Assembly: GCA_023334545.1 (NCBI GenBank)
Contig: JAADVB010000158.1
Span: 1 to 44,399 of the forward strand
Length of the DNA: 44,399 bases
Direction of reading: 5' to 3'
Source of the DNA: Salisapilia sapeloensis CBS 127946
Lineage: Eukaryota > Protista > Oomycota
A program made the translations under genes and the position numbers. Every line of letters starts with the position of its first letter. The stretch's first letter is position 1. Of this stretch, positions 20,106 through 31,130 are shown in pieces. Below the pieces are notes generated by a model, which was not told the DNA's origin, did not search any database, and saw nothing but the letters and a program-made list of their open reading frames with translations.

Positions 20106-23100
20106 TTATGTCTCTTCCACTTGTTCTTCGAGAAATTCGACGTTCCCACTCTTGTCGGCTCGAGCCAATAGCTGTCGAGCTCGTAGTAACAAGTCGGCGC
20201 TCTCGTCTTCGTCGCTGAATGCCTCATCAAAGTCACTTCCGATCTCTTCACCCAATTCCTCTAGTTCTCTCTGCGCAACTTCAGAACTGGCACTACTACT
20301 CACTTCCTTTAACGCTCGTTCTAACAGACTACTCTTGTCTTTTGAAGTCGTGTAGCGATAGGCACTGCTGTCTTCACTACTATCCTCCTTCTCTTCCGTC
20401 TCTCCTCCTGGAGGTAGCCATTCCGTCTTAAGCTCCGTCTCAGATGCATCGGACGACTCATGCGGTCTCTCCCAGTCCACTACTTTGGTCTTCGGTACAC
20501 TACGCTCTGGTCTCTCATATGACTGTAGCTGTAGCTGATCATAAAATTCATTCCTCAGCGCCTGGATCCGTTGCTCCAGCTCTTTTTCCTTTTCCAAATG
20601 TTGTACTCGATTGAATGCTTCCATCTCGAAAAGCTCCATTTCGTCCTTTTGCCGTTTACTATCGACTTGGAACTTTATCTTCTCTCGATGCAAACGTACC
20701 ATATCCTGCACACGTTCATACTCCTTCTCGACAGCAGCAGACGACTCTTGCAGCCGCTCTCTCGCCTGCTTTTCCAACATTTGAATCTGTTCCATCCGTT
20801 TCTCCTGACTCTGCTTCTCAATTTCACGCAATTCAATCATCCGCTTCCTCTCCTCCTCCACTAGACTCTTACTCCTCTCTTCTTCCAACCTCCTGAGCCT
20901 CTTCTTCTCCTCCTTCCTCTTCCTGTCTTCTTCTTCCAACTCCTTCACCTTTCGTTCTAAAGCTTTCAACTCATCTCTCTTTTCCTCCACCTGTCTCTCC
21001 TCTTTTTCTATACGTCGACGCTCGAGTATCTGTTGCTCTACAACCTGTCGAGGGTAATTTCCAAACGCTGGATACTGATGCTGAGGTAGTGGCCAGTACT
21101 TCCACCCATTCGAGTCGCGAGCGTACTTGACTGTCTCTGTCAGGTCGAAATGAGAGCTTAGATGCTGCATCACTTGCAGCATTTCCTCTACATTCACAAC
21201 ATTCTGCTGTTGGAAGAACGTTTCGATCGAAATACGATCCTGTGCTGCTAACAATGCACTGCGACTGCACCGTAAGAAAGCTATTACTGCTGCATACAAA
21301 AGCTCTGGTTGATCAGGATAGGTAAAGATGTAGTCAAATAGCATCATCCACGCATTCTCCGTCAACACTTCCGTCAACAAGGTCTGTAGGAGACGCCAGA
21401 TATACAATTCTGCATCGACACCTATCTCGATCAAGTGATGACGTAGCTGCAGATCCACTTGTCCCAATAGTTGGTCCAGAAAATGAATTAAAGGAGCAGG
21501 AGAATGAGGGAAGTGGGATAAATAACTACTACAGTAATGCGTCAAAACGACTACACTCGTCTCAAATGCTGCCAAGTCGTTCGACTGGAAGACCTTGACG
21601 AAAGGGTACACGACGGACGGAACGTAGTCGCTTTCTTGGAACGCTGGACACCAGTAAGCTAGAGCTGACAAGATTTTTTTTAATCGACGCAGTAGACGTT
21701 GATCTCGAAGTGGATATCGCTTTTCTAACGATCCGACGGACTCATGTCGACCTCGTGCCACTAGATGGCGAAATGCAGTTTCATTCTTCGGTAGTTGGAG
21801 TAGGAATCTCCATGCTAAGAGACGATACTTCTTCGGGTATGCTCCATATGCATTTAAAACGCCTTCCAATCGTTTCTTATTTGTTTCCATGGCAAATGGA
21901 GAGAGTGTCGAAGCAGATTCTCGAAACGGATGCATTCGATGCACGTCGTCTGTCGGGCTACAAGAGTCGGAGACCAGCGCTTTCTTGGATACTTGGTGAT
22001 GGGGTTTACTATGCTGTACAGTCGATTTTCTTTTCGTTGTACTATGTGCTTGGATACGTTCATAGGGAAGCACAGGCTTGCTTCTATATGTGGAAGGACG
22101 TGTCCTACTTGTCTTCTTCACCTTCTGACTCGATTCAGGACGAGAGAGAAAGTCATTTGCGACGTTCATGTCGAAAAATAATAAAGACCCATCTCTAGAA
22201 ATATACTCGTTAGCGTCTTCTACATTAGTAAAATCAAATGTGGACGTACTGAGTACAAGCAGATAGATATCGAGCATGACATTCCACGGCAAATTTTGTA
22301 ATTTTGTGGCCTCGACAGGCGATTTCAGACTTGATCGTCGGAGATTTCGCACTCACGTCAAGGCAGAAGACCGTGCCATCGCCGCCTAAGATCATGAGAA
22401 GATTGTCGTATCCAGGGACAAAGACGTGCTAAAGCAAGAGATCAGTAAGATTATAACGATCTAGTAAAATATGAGAAACGTACATCCATGACTTTATCAA
22501 TGGGGGAAGGCAGCTCAATGACACGAACGACAGTGTGCGTTTGAAAGTCCCAAATATACAGCAATGATGCTCGGCCACTATACAAGCATGAGTACAAGGG
22601 TTACACAGAAAGTAGTATGTGTGGGACCTTGCGATGAGCATTTTCAAGTCACTCGAGATACTGAATTGGCGTAATCCGGGTGGAAATTCTGTCTCTGCTA
22701 AAGAGAAGCGGTGTTTAACTGCAAACGTATCCAAGTCCCACATCATGATTAAACTATCGTGAAAGCAGACTGCGACGAGGTTTTCGTTTGGGACGAACCT
22801 TGCCTGGTACAAATAAAGTTATAAGCTGTACAAAGCAAAATGGTCGAATGTAAAGGTATACTTGTGCAACGTCTGGTCGAGCACTAAGTACTCGATAACG
22901 AGACCAGTCCTTTGTTTCCCACAGACTGACGGAATCTTTAGAAGCTGTTAAGGCTAGCTTACCGGACTTTTGGAAATCGACGTGTGGAGCAGGATGAGGA
23001 TGTCCTCGTAATGTACTTATCAACTCTTGTGTCGATACGTCTATACAACGTGCCTGGATATAATATAGAGTTAATACAGATGTAAGGAAGCTCTTTATGA

Positions 23101-23439
23101 AAAGGATAGTACCACGTTGTTTTCACATGAAACTAGCAGCTCAAACTTCCGGACTGGGTTAAAGCAGCACGAGATAACGCGAGCGCCAACGTGTTGAACG
23201 AGACTGTAGCGATTCGTAGTAACGAAGAAGACAAATAACCTCCCTTTTTCATCGGCCGCAGCCAAAGCCTCACCCGTCGGATTGAAAGCTAGTGCTTGAA
23301 AACCAGCATGCTTACGACGGGAAGAGCCTGTCATTGGGAGACTTCGGATACTAGCTAAGAGACCATTCGCACTAATTACCGGCTTCCGTGGCCAGATCAC
23401 GCCACTCTGTGTGACGCGAAGTTCAAGCGACTGTACCAT
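20106..23439 (-). CDS. TBC1D31: TBC1D31/WDR67: WD40 repeats + Rab-GAP TBC domain + coiled coil (6 exons, 1018 aa)
   Basis: Exons (minus strand) 23439-23113, 23053-22862, 22803-22628, 22577-22484, 22428-22250, 22194-20106; GT-AG introns of 59, 58, 50, 55, 55 nt with consistent phases. The N-terminus (SGVIWPRKP..AFNPTGEAL..DEKG) and the TBC part (NKKRLEGVLNAYGAYPKKYRLLAWRFLLQLPKN..LSALAYW..YPFVKVF) track human TBC1D31 as I recall it. Confidence 0.92.
20820..21010 (-). repeat. CT/GA-rich low-complexity tract encoding the E/K/R coiled coil of TBC1D31
   Basis: The plus strand is almost purely C/T (ctctcttcttccaacctcctgagcctcttcttctcctccttcctc..), translating to EEEDRKRKEEKKRLRRLEEERSK. Confidence 0.75.
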
Positions 23440-23678
23440 CTAGACCCTTTCGTGATTCGATGTTCCAACTTGTTGTCAGTCGTTTGTTTTCTAGAACAAT
23501 ACATAAATGCTGTCGGTGTTATGAGACAAAGAGAAGAAAAAGATGGAAGAAAACATTAAAGGCATTTCGTATCGGTTGCTGTATCTGATTGTGCACCAAG
23601 TTAATGTATAGATTATATTGATCACATAGTTTTAAATGAACGAAAAAGATAGATGTGTGATTTCTACAAGCGTGCGTG

Positions 23679-25547
23679 TTACTGGTCCCAGTTGAACTGG
23701 AATGTCACGTCGACACCTGCTCATATCATTTTCCATACGCCTTTAGATGTACTTCGAGTAGGTGTAGAATAGAAAGTCTTACCGTAATGAATGAGATTAT
23801 ACTGCAATAGGAAGAATACACAAAGCAGGAAGCGGCCTTGAATCTGTAGTGCCTGGTTCTCCAAGACAAATGCAAGCAGATACGCTGGGGAGAACCCAAA
23901 CTGTCGTTTCAGGGTAAAATGTAGAATGATAAATGAAAGCACTTCTAGCATAGAGTACACGATCAAATTGAAAGCCGTATCATGCAATTGATCCGATGTC
24001 ATATTTCTTGAATGAGGATAGTAGGCAGCATTCGGCAGATGGAAGAGAATACTAATATAAGCCACATAGATAATTGGTACCACAGCTTCAATATACTCTG
24101 TAAGGACACAGTATTCGCTGTGGAAAAGCATCTTTAATGCTTGCTCTATCAAAATATCGTCCCCTGCTTTTATGTTCGATATTGTGCTTTTCCTCTCTTT
24201 AGCATTTTCCTGGCATGTTTCATCAAGACCTTCGGAAGGTAGCACCTGCGAAACGTTAGAAACATCATCAGTATGCAAAATTGCTTCTGCTGGAGATAAT
24301 TCATCTTCTTTTGGACCCACTATTTCATCTTCATCTTTGTTCTCCATACCACTTTTTTCATCGCAATTTTCACTTGGCTTCGTCTCTCGCATAGTGAAGC
24401 TTCTCGCTACAGTCCTATTCGATTTGAGGACAGCAGCTATTACCTGTGGATTGTATTTAATGTATGAATTTATGGCGATGCATTTAGCGCAGAGTAGATC
24501 GTACAGCTGCGGATCCTCACAGATTTTACTAACTTTAGAAAATAAGTCAGGCCTATTCTCGTCTTTCAGAGTTTTCCGTAGTAATTTATGGTTGCTCCGA
24601 AGTCTCAGAACAAGAAATAAATTTTGAAGAGCATCAATGGATATGATGAAAACTGTGACCAGGGTAGATGACGATGTCTGCATGCATACGGAAACAAAGA
24701 GAGCGCTGTAAGTTCCAACACTGAAAGTAGTCATCTCAGGAATACTCTCTGGTGGCCAGTTTCCAGCAAATACAAAACCGCTCTTGCATGCAATCTTGAG
24801 CACTGGCAGTAGCAAGATAGCGTATGGTTGGTAAGTGGGAGGTAGTACCTGAAACACTGTGCTATACGCAGCGTAGAGTACAACGACGCAAGATAGAAAG
24901 TAGACATTTACTCCTTGCTTTTTAAGACCATCACGTAGATTACGATCATTCTTCAGCTTATGCAATCCGATTGCCAGCATCGTTGCAATGATATGGAATG
25001 CTGAGAAAGAGAGGGCGTTGAAAACAATCCCGAATGGGGTTGGAAAGGTCCATACGATAGCAAGTATGATATAGGAACAAAGGTAAAGTGTACCTGTAAC
25101 TACCGCGATCAAAAACCCTTGAAGTACGGACACCTGAGCGATAGATAATAATTGTGCTGTCTGGCAGGTTACACCGATGGATACAATGAACCCCATGCAA
25201 AACACGCGAAACCAGAAAGCGGTTTGTTTGGAGAGATCTTCTTGAACAGGTTGCATATCGATAAACTCTAATACAATGCTGGTACCGATTCCAGGCAATA
25301 TTGATACAAAGCATATCAACATGACGTGAAAAACTGAAGTGGTCTCGTAATAGTGCTTAAAAGCTTCCAGCCTCTCCAACGAATACATGCCTTGATTGTA
25401 AATCTGTATCTTTTTCCACGACTTGTACAACGAATTCGCTGACTTGGAGAGCGAGCTAAATGCACGCTTTGTTGTGTCCTTTGCAAATGCTGGTTTTATA
25501 CTTTGAATGCCGTCAGTTTCTTTGTCAAATGGATGTACTTTGGTCAT
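23679..25547 (-). CDS. Multi-pass membrane hypothetical protein of an oomycete-type family (2 exons, 600 aa)
   Basis: Exons 25547-23783 and 23716-23679, with a 66-nt GTAAG..CAG intron. Splicing gives the ending HYGVDVTFQFNWDQ*, which resembles the ending I recall for this Phytophthora/Pythium family; other motifs are YSLERLEAF and LFHSEYCVLTEYIEAVVP..AFVLE. First ATG is at 25547. Confidence 0.75.
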
Positions 25548-25956
25548 CTTGCAGTCGCACAAAGTTATGCTGATCACGACGCAGATTGAAAGGCCGTGTA
25601 CGTGTTTGATTGCACCCACTCGGCACTTGTGGTAGACCTTTTATGAAACCACTTCTTAATTTATCTGACTAGGGAGACTTCTCTTGCATACTAGCGATCG
25701 AGGATTCAAGTTGCTATGAAATGGACTCTATCTTTAGACACGAATTTCTTCTTTCTTGTGGGCTACGTTTTAATATATTAAATGATTCACCTACCTTGTC
25801 TTCTCTTCTTGAATCAATAATGCATGCATGGTTTTGGAATAGACTATCAAAAGAATCATTAGTTTAAGCAGAATTTATGGTTCTATATTCATTGAAAGCA
25901 AGTGAGCTCTAGTATATAGTACAACAAGCAAAAATCTCTCTCTACGTATGATAGAT

Positions 25957-27481
25957 TTACAAAAGTTCATTTTTGAGGAACTTATTGATCATAGTCAATG
26001 CTATGGCTGGTTGGTCGACAGGAACCTGATGACCAGCTTCAAACACGCGTAGGAACGTTAATCGATTAAAGTGTCGAACACTGCCTGCCGATTTTAACTC
26101 GCCGTTCAATGCTACCATGAAAGGATGTTCTTCGACTGAATTAAATCCACTCTTGCCACTCCATTCCATCCCTAACGTCCACGCCTGACCTCCGTACCAG
26201 TTGCAAGTCAAGTCAGCATCACCATAGTACACAAGTACCCTTATCTTTACGTCATCCAGTAACTTAGCCACGTTGTCTTCATAACTCTTCATCAGGTCAG
26301 TTGCAAATGCCATAGTAACCGCGTCACTACACTCATGCCATCGCATTGAAACATTGAAATATGTCTGTACATGCTTTGAATTCAAGAATGCTGTCACGGC
26401 TGTAATGTCGTAGCAAGGATTTGCATCTTCAGAGCTACATTGCTTCCGGATATCGTATGCACTCCGATGGGTTGAAGTCAGGATGGACATAATGTCTTGC
26501 GCACATATTGCTGCTCGAACACACGATATGCTGCTTGACTGGCATTCATGCGCCAATCGAACACAATGTATAAGCTCCTTTTCGGCTTTTGCATGCGTCT
26601 CATCATCTATCAACTTGATACCATAGTTGTTCTTTTCGACCATATCAAGCATATGACTCCCTTGTACAGCAGGATTAACAAGTCCATTTCCAATGACAAT
26701 TCCTCTTAATGCAATTTGAATAGAGTCTCGCTTTAAACGTTGGCTTTGCTCCCATAGATATAAAGCAATTGCTGGGATGTAATGTCCCGCTGTCTCCACA
26801 AATATCGTTAGAAGTTGTTCTTGCTACCAAGTAGCTACAGCACTTACCATAGGATTCCCCAGCAATATACACGTCTCGTCCTATCAATTCTGGATGCTTT
26901 ATATAAAAGCCTTGTAGAAAGGAATAAAAGTTGTCCATGACTCCTTCCTCATTAACTTCGTAGTCAAAGAAACGACCGGTTGAAAACCCGGTATGAGTCG
27001 GCTGATCTACGAATACAACATTCGCTTCTGATGTCCACGAATGCTGATTGAACCAAGTGCTTAGATTGTGGTCGATGTGGCAAGGTCCAAGCTCTCGCAG
27101 TGCACTCGACATAGAGGAACAACCAGGTCCACCTGCCAGCCAAATTACCAACGGATCTTCCGTCGGTACACTTCGAGACTCGACGTACCAGTAAAAGTAG
27201 TCGACGCTAGGCCTGTTCTCAAGCTGGATGTATCCAGCTTGATTCCTCGTCAGGCCGCAAGACGAGAGATCCTTGTTGTCTACGGTAAAACGAGAGGGAG
27301 ATTCAGATACAGTCGTCAGCATCTCTTCAAACCATGTCGAGAGGGTCGGACATAATGTCCACAAAATCACAGCTACTAGCGCTATGCCCACCGCAATCCA
27401 TGTGGATATGTGCTGTCTCATTATACGATTTTTAGCCAAATGAGCCGTGTGCTGCAACGGGCCAGCCTCAACGGCGTCCAT
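25957..27481 (-). CDS. Serine carboxypeptidase, family S10 (2 exons, about 488 aa, N-terminal TM anchor)
   Basis: Exons 27481-26848 and 26789-25957 with a 58-nt GTAAG..ACAG intron. Splicing restores the nucleophile motif GESYAGHY. Also WLAGGPGCSS, DQPTHTGFS, GDADLTCN (Asp) and EAGHQVP (His). The start could instead be ATG 27421. Confidence 0.92.
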
Positions 27482-27562
27482 GTAGCTAGTTGTATCCTTC
27501 TGCGGAAGAGAAGTAATGCGACTGTCGAAGATTTTATGCAAGTCCATTTCGCTTATAACGAG
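27482..27562. promoter_or_regulatory. Probable very short bidirectional promoter between the carboxypeptidase and nucleoside hydrolase genes
   Basis: Only 81 nt separate the two divergent ATGs (141 nt if the carboxypeptidase starts at 27421). Contains CCATTTC at about 27544, which resembles the oomycete initiator consensus YCAYTYY. Confidence 0.5.
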
Positions 27563-28589
27563 ATGAAAGTGGTCATTGACACGGACGCCGGCGTCGACGA
27601 TGCCATCGCACTTATGATGGCTGTGCACGGTCTTCCAAACGATGTCGTAGCCGCCACCACCGTCTTTGGTAACGTGAACATACAACAAGCGACGCATAAC
27701 ACGCAACAGTAACCTCCTACTAGCTACCCGTCTACTATCCGATCATGGGTCTAATGATGCTATCTAGCGTTCTAGAGACTGCAGGCAGAAAGGATATTCC
27801 TGTGTATAGTGGTGCATCCCGTCCTATCGTCAGTAGCATATCGGACTACAAGTGGGATGTACGTACTACATGTCTATTATAGATAAAGCAGACCATCTTA
27901 CGTGTTCATAGGGTCACGGCGCGGATGGCATGGGCAATCAACTACAGGTCATAGAGGACACGGGTCCTCAAAAGAACGTAGCAGTGGAGAAACTAATTGA
28001 TTTATCCCACCGATACGAAAAGGAGCTTACGATCATTGCCATTGGACCTCTCACCAACATCGCATTGGCCATCCTTTTGGACCCGACGATCACTTCTCGC
28101 GTCAAGCAGTTTATCGTTATGGGCGGACTCTCGCGTGGTGAAGGTAACCACGGACCCCACGCAGAGTACAACGTCGGCTGTGATCCCGAAGCGACGAACA
28201 TTGTATATCAACACTGCACGGCAGACCAACTAGTTATCGTGCCGTGGGAAACGTGTATCGACCACGCGCTTCCCTGGTCTGTCTTTGACCAAGTCTTTAG
28301 CGAAGAAGCAGCTCCGACTGGCCACGGGCCGTACATCCACCGTATCTGGCAGTTCACTAGGAAACTCCTGGCGAACGAAGGCTTTGCTCCATGTGACGCC
28401 TACGCCGTGGCTCTCCTCGATTCAAATTACGTCATCGAGAGCAAGAAAATGCATGGACGCATCCATTTGGCACATGACGAGTATCGTGGAGCGAATGAAT
28501 GGAATGAGAACGAGCATCCGAATGCAACGGTGGTAACGAAAGTCGACAAGGACGTTTTCACGACACTCCTTCGTCGACTAGCAGCTTAG
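27563..28589 (+). CDS. Nucleoside hydrolase, IU-NH family (3 exons, 304 aa)
   Basis: Exons 27563-27708, 27768-27858, 27912-28589 with introns of 59 and 53 nt. Motifs VIDTDAGVDDAIAL (DxDxxxDD), TTVFGNV, GHGADGMG, IGPLTNIAL, MGG, AEYN..DPEA and PCD. Confidence 0.93.
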
Positions 28590-28624
28590 ACCCGTATCAA
28601 AACACAAGGCAAACTCTTTCTTGT

Positions 28625-30889
28625 TTACTTGTTCGCTTCTGAATTCTTTTCAGCAGCTCTCTGTACGTCTCCATTACACTCAATCAATAACCTCGCAGCA
28701 CGCTCTTTTTCCATACCCATGTCCACTAGCTGTCGCACTCGGTCCGACCGACGGAAGCGGACAGTCAGCGGTCTTGTCTGTACCTTGATCATGTTGACAG
28801 CACGATCGACCGTATAGTGCTGCAACGGATGTCCATTCGCATGGACAAGAAGGTCTCCTATCTCTATCCTGCCACTCCTCTCGGCAGCAAATGACGCTCC
28901 GTCAGACGTGTTCGGGAAACCAGAGACACACAACTCGCCTCCGATTTTATGAAAGCAGATACCAAGCACGATATTGTCTTCCGTGAAGTGGACGTCATAC
29001 TCATTCTCCTTCGGTGTGCTTGTCATGGCTGTCGATCGAGGTGGCATGGCTATCATGGAAGACACAGGTCGAATGTCCTGTTGCGAATACTTTTGCTGCA
29101 GCATCGGGAGTTCGTTTCGTTCCGTTTCTGTGTCCGCTTCCAATCGAATAGATCCGTCTGTCGGAGACTCGATCTCCTCCTCTACACTCTCCAATCGCAC
29201 TCGCGTATCATCTTCCTCTACTTCTTCCTCCGCCTGCTCCTCTTCAATCGTAGGAGGTGGGAGGTGGTCACTGATGGAAGACGAGGCAGAGGCGTTCCGA
29301 TTGCGTGAGACGGGAGGCATATCGGCTAGACTGATGCCAACAGAAGAATCTTTTCGCTGGTCTGGCAATTCGTAAAAGACTAAAACAGGTTGGAAACGTC
29401 CGTTTAAACACTTGTCGACCACTTGGTCCCAATTGCCAACCTCATGAACGAGATTATCGTCAAACAAGAGCCACATCTGATGAGCAGTCGAGTAAAAGAG
29501 AGCAACGTAGTGTCGACCATAGTAGCATACAAAGCCTTTGAGACGATATGTCGTTCGGACACCACCGTTCCGGAACCGTACGACGGGCCCGACGGCATCG
29601 AAACTAGATGCCAAGTCCAATTGATCGGCAATACTACGCAAGACACCATCTACTTGTTCTCTCGTGGCTGTATTCGTGCCCCAGAGGATCGACAGAGCAA
29701 ACACCATCGGGAAACGACGTATCACACGCTCGCGATTTGTCTTCCCTTCACAGGTATCGGCGTCGCACTTGGACGCGACGTCTGCCCCGCCGTTCAGACG
29801 CAGCATGGCTTCCATCGATTCAAATGACTCGGCGTACAAGTCACTTGCGTAGACTGTGTAGACTAGATTCGAGTACAAGTCCCATGGAGACGCCGTGTGG
29901 CAGCTATCACATACGTATCTATCGTAGATCTGATGACTAAAGACAAGGTGAGGAATGCTGTTTTCATCATAGACTGCGCGTGGTGGTTCTTCGTCTAAGA
30001 AGGTACTTCCGTCTGTACCTTTATCATCCGACACGAGCCGTACAAAGGATCGGACCATCTCGGTCGTCTTCTGCGTCTCCTCAATCTCCGTCGCCTCCGT
30101 CTGCTGATGCATGAGGTTCAGCAACGCCAGCAACGTTTCCTCCGCGTCGTACATGGCTCCTTCCTGAAAGTTTTTGTCTGCTTTGAACAAGACGCTCAGA
30201 CCTTTGCGTAACGCCCTCGAGTGCACTGCGTGTCCACTCGAGGTGTTCTCGTACTCGGTCATGATAGACTTTAACGCGCGCAAGACGTTACTTTCGACCG
30301 TATGCAAGTCTTCTTTAATTTCTACATGCAGTAGAAAGTGACGCATGCAAGTAAGGTGCCAGAAACTCTGGATAATGACGTTTAAGAAGCAACTATTCTC
30401 TCCCGAAGCATTGAGTAACCCACGATGGACCGAAGCTCCTTTGACTTTCATATCAGACGCCGACTTGGAACGAGTGACGGCCAACGGAGCCTTGGCATCT
30501 GTCTTTTGTGTATCGTCTGATCCTGTATCACCATTATCATCTTCACTCGTGAGCTCCCGGAGATGATAAAGCCATTCTAACGCTGCATCTTCCGTCGTCG
30601 CATTCGCTTCCAAGACACTGTCACTACCACCAGACTGGACGCTTATGAGAAAAGCGAAACGACGACCTTCCCACGGTGCAACGCCAAGCACCTTGTATGA
30701 CCGTAATGGCTGGATCGTTCCGAGCGCTAAATGCTCTTGGGAGGGCTGGAATTTAAACGTATGGAGCTGCTTGTCGTGCGTCAGTACGCAGTAGCGCATG
30801 TGTCGTGGCCTTACATTGACAAGCGATCGTGTCTTGAGGTTCAACCATCCTCGCAGCAGGAGCGGACCAAAGGGTACTGCCTCTGGCAT
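28625..30889 (-). CDS. USP53/USP54-like deubiquitinase with N-terminal PH, C-terminal PDZ-like and UBA domains (754 aa)
   Basis: PH-like N-terminus (LRGWLNLK..RYCVL..WLYHLREL); Cys box GLLNASGENSCFLNVIIQSFWHL; His box GFVCYYGRHYVALF..WLLFDD; PDZ-like LGICF..AAERSGRIEIGDLLVHANG..RPLTVRFRR; UBA RQLVDMGMEKERAARLLIECNGDVQRA. Confidence 0.85.
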   Translation of the reverse strand: MPEAVPFGPLLLRGWLNLKTRSLVNVRPRHMRYCVLTHDKQLHTFKFQPSQEHLALGTIQPLRSYKVLGVAPWEGRRFAFLISVQSGGSDSVLEANATTEDAALEWLYHLRELTSEDDNGDTGSDDTQKTDAKAPLAVTRSKSASDMKVKGASVHRGLLNASGENSCFLNVIIQSFWHLTCMRHFLLHVEIKEDLHTVESNVLRALKSIMTEYENTSSGHAVHSRALRKGLSVLFKADKNFQEGAMYDAEETLLALLNLMHQQTEATEIEETQKTTEMVRSFVRLVSDDKGTDGSTFLDEEPPRAVYDENSIPHLVFSHQIYDRYVCDSCHTASPWDLYSNLVYTVYASDLYAESFESMEAMLRLNGGADVASKCDADTCEGKTNRERVIRRFPMVFALSILWGTNTATREQVDGVLRSIADQLDLASSFDAVGPVVRFRNGGVRTTYRLKGFVCYYGRHYVALFYSTAHQMWLLFDDNLVHEVGNWDQVVDKCLNGRFQPVLVFYELPDQRKDSSVGISLADMPPVSRNRNASASSSISDHLPPPTIEEEQAEEEVEEDDTRVRLESVEEEIESPTDGSIRLEADTETERNELPMLQQKYSQQDIRPVSSMIAMPPRSTAMTSTPKENEYDVHFTEDNIVLGICFHKIGGELCVSGFPNTSDGASFAAERSGRIEIGDLLVHANGHPLQHYTVDRAVNMIKVQTRPLTVRFRRSDRVRQLVDMGMEKERAARLLIECNGDVQRAAEKNSEANK

Positions 30890-31130
30890 TTATCTTCCGT
30901 TCTGTACTCAAAAGTCCGTCTCTTTCCTTGTGATTGGGTGTTATTTCTTTTTAATGTCCAATCAAGAAGATGTTAAGAAACACGGCTGAAAGGATCCGTT
31001 AGACACAAGTACGCATTGAAACATCACATAACGCAGTAGGCAGGTGCCCCATCCATTCGATCTTCCCTCGTCGTCCACCGATCGATATTCTACGTTGCTC
31101 TCCAGTTATTCTCTTGCAAGCTTTGGTATA

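Noticed and set aside
20106-22352. ORF-track 748-aa protein taken as a complete gene
   Set aside because: Its first 53 residues are an out-of-frame exon plus an intron; it is the last exon of the 6-exon TBC1D31.
27482-27706. Apparent antisense overlap of carboxypeptidase and nucleoside hydrolase coding regions
   Set aside because: It arises only from the ORF track's far-upstream start; with the ATG at 27481 or 27421 the genes do not overlap.
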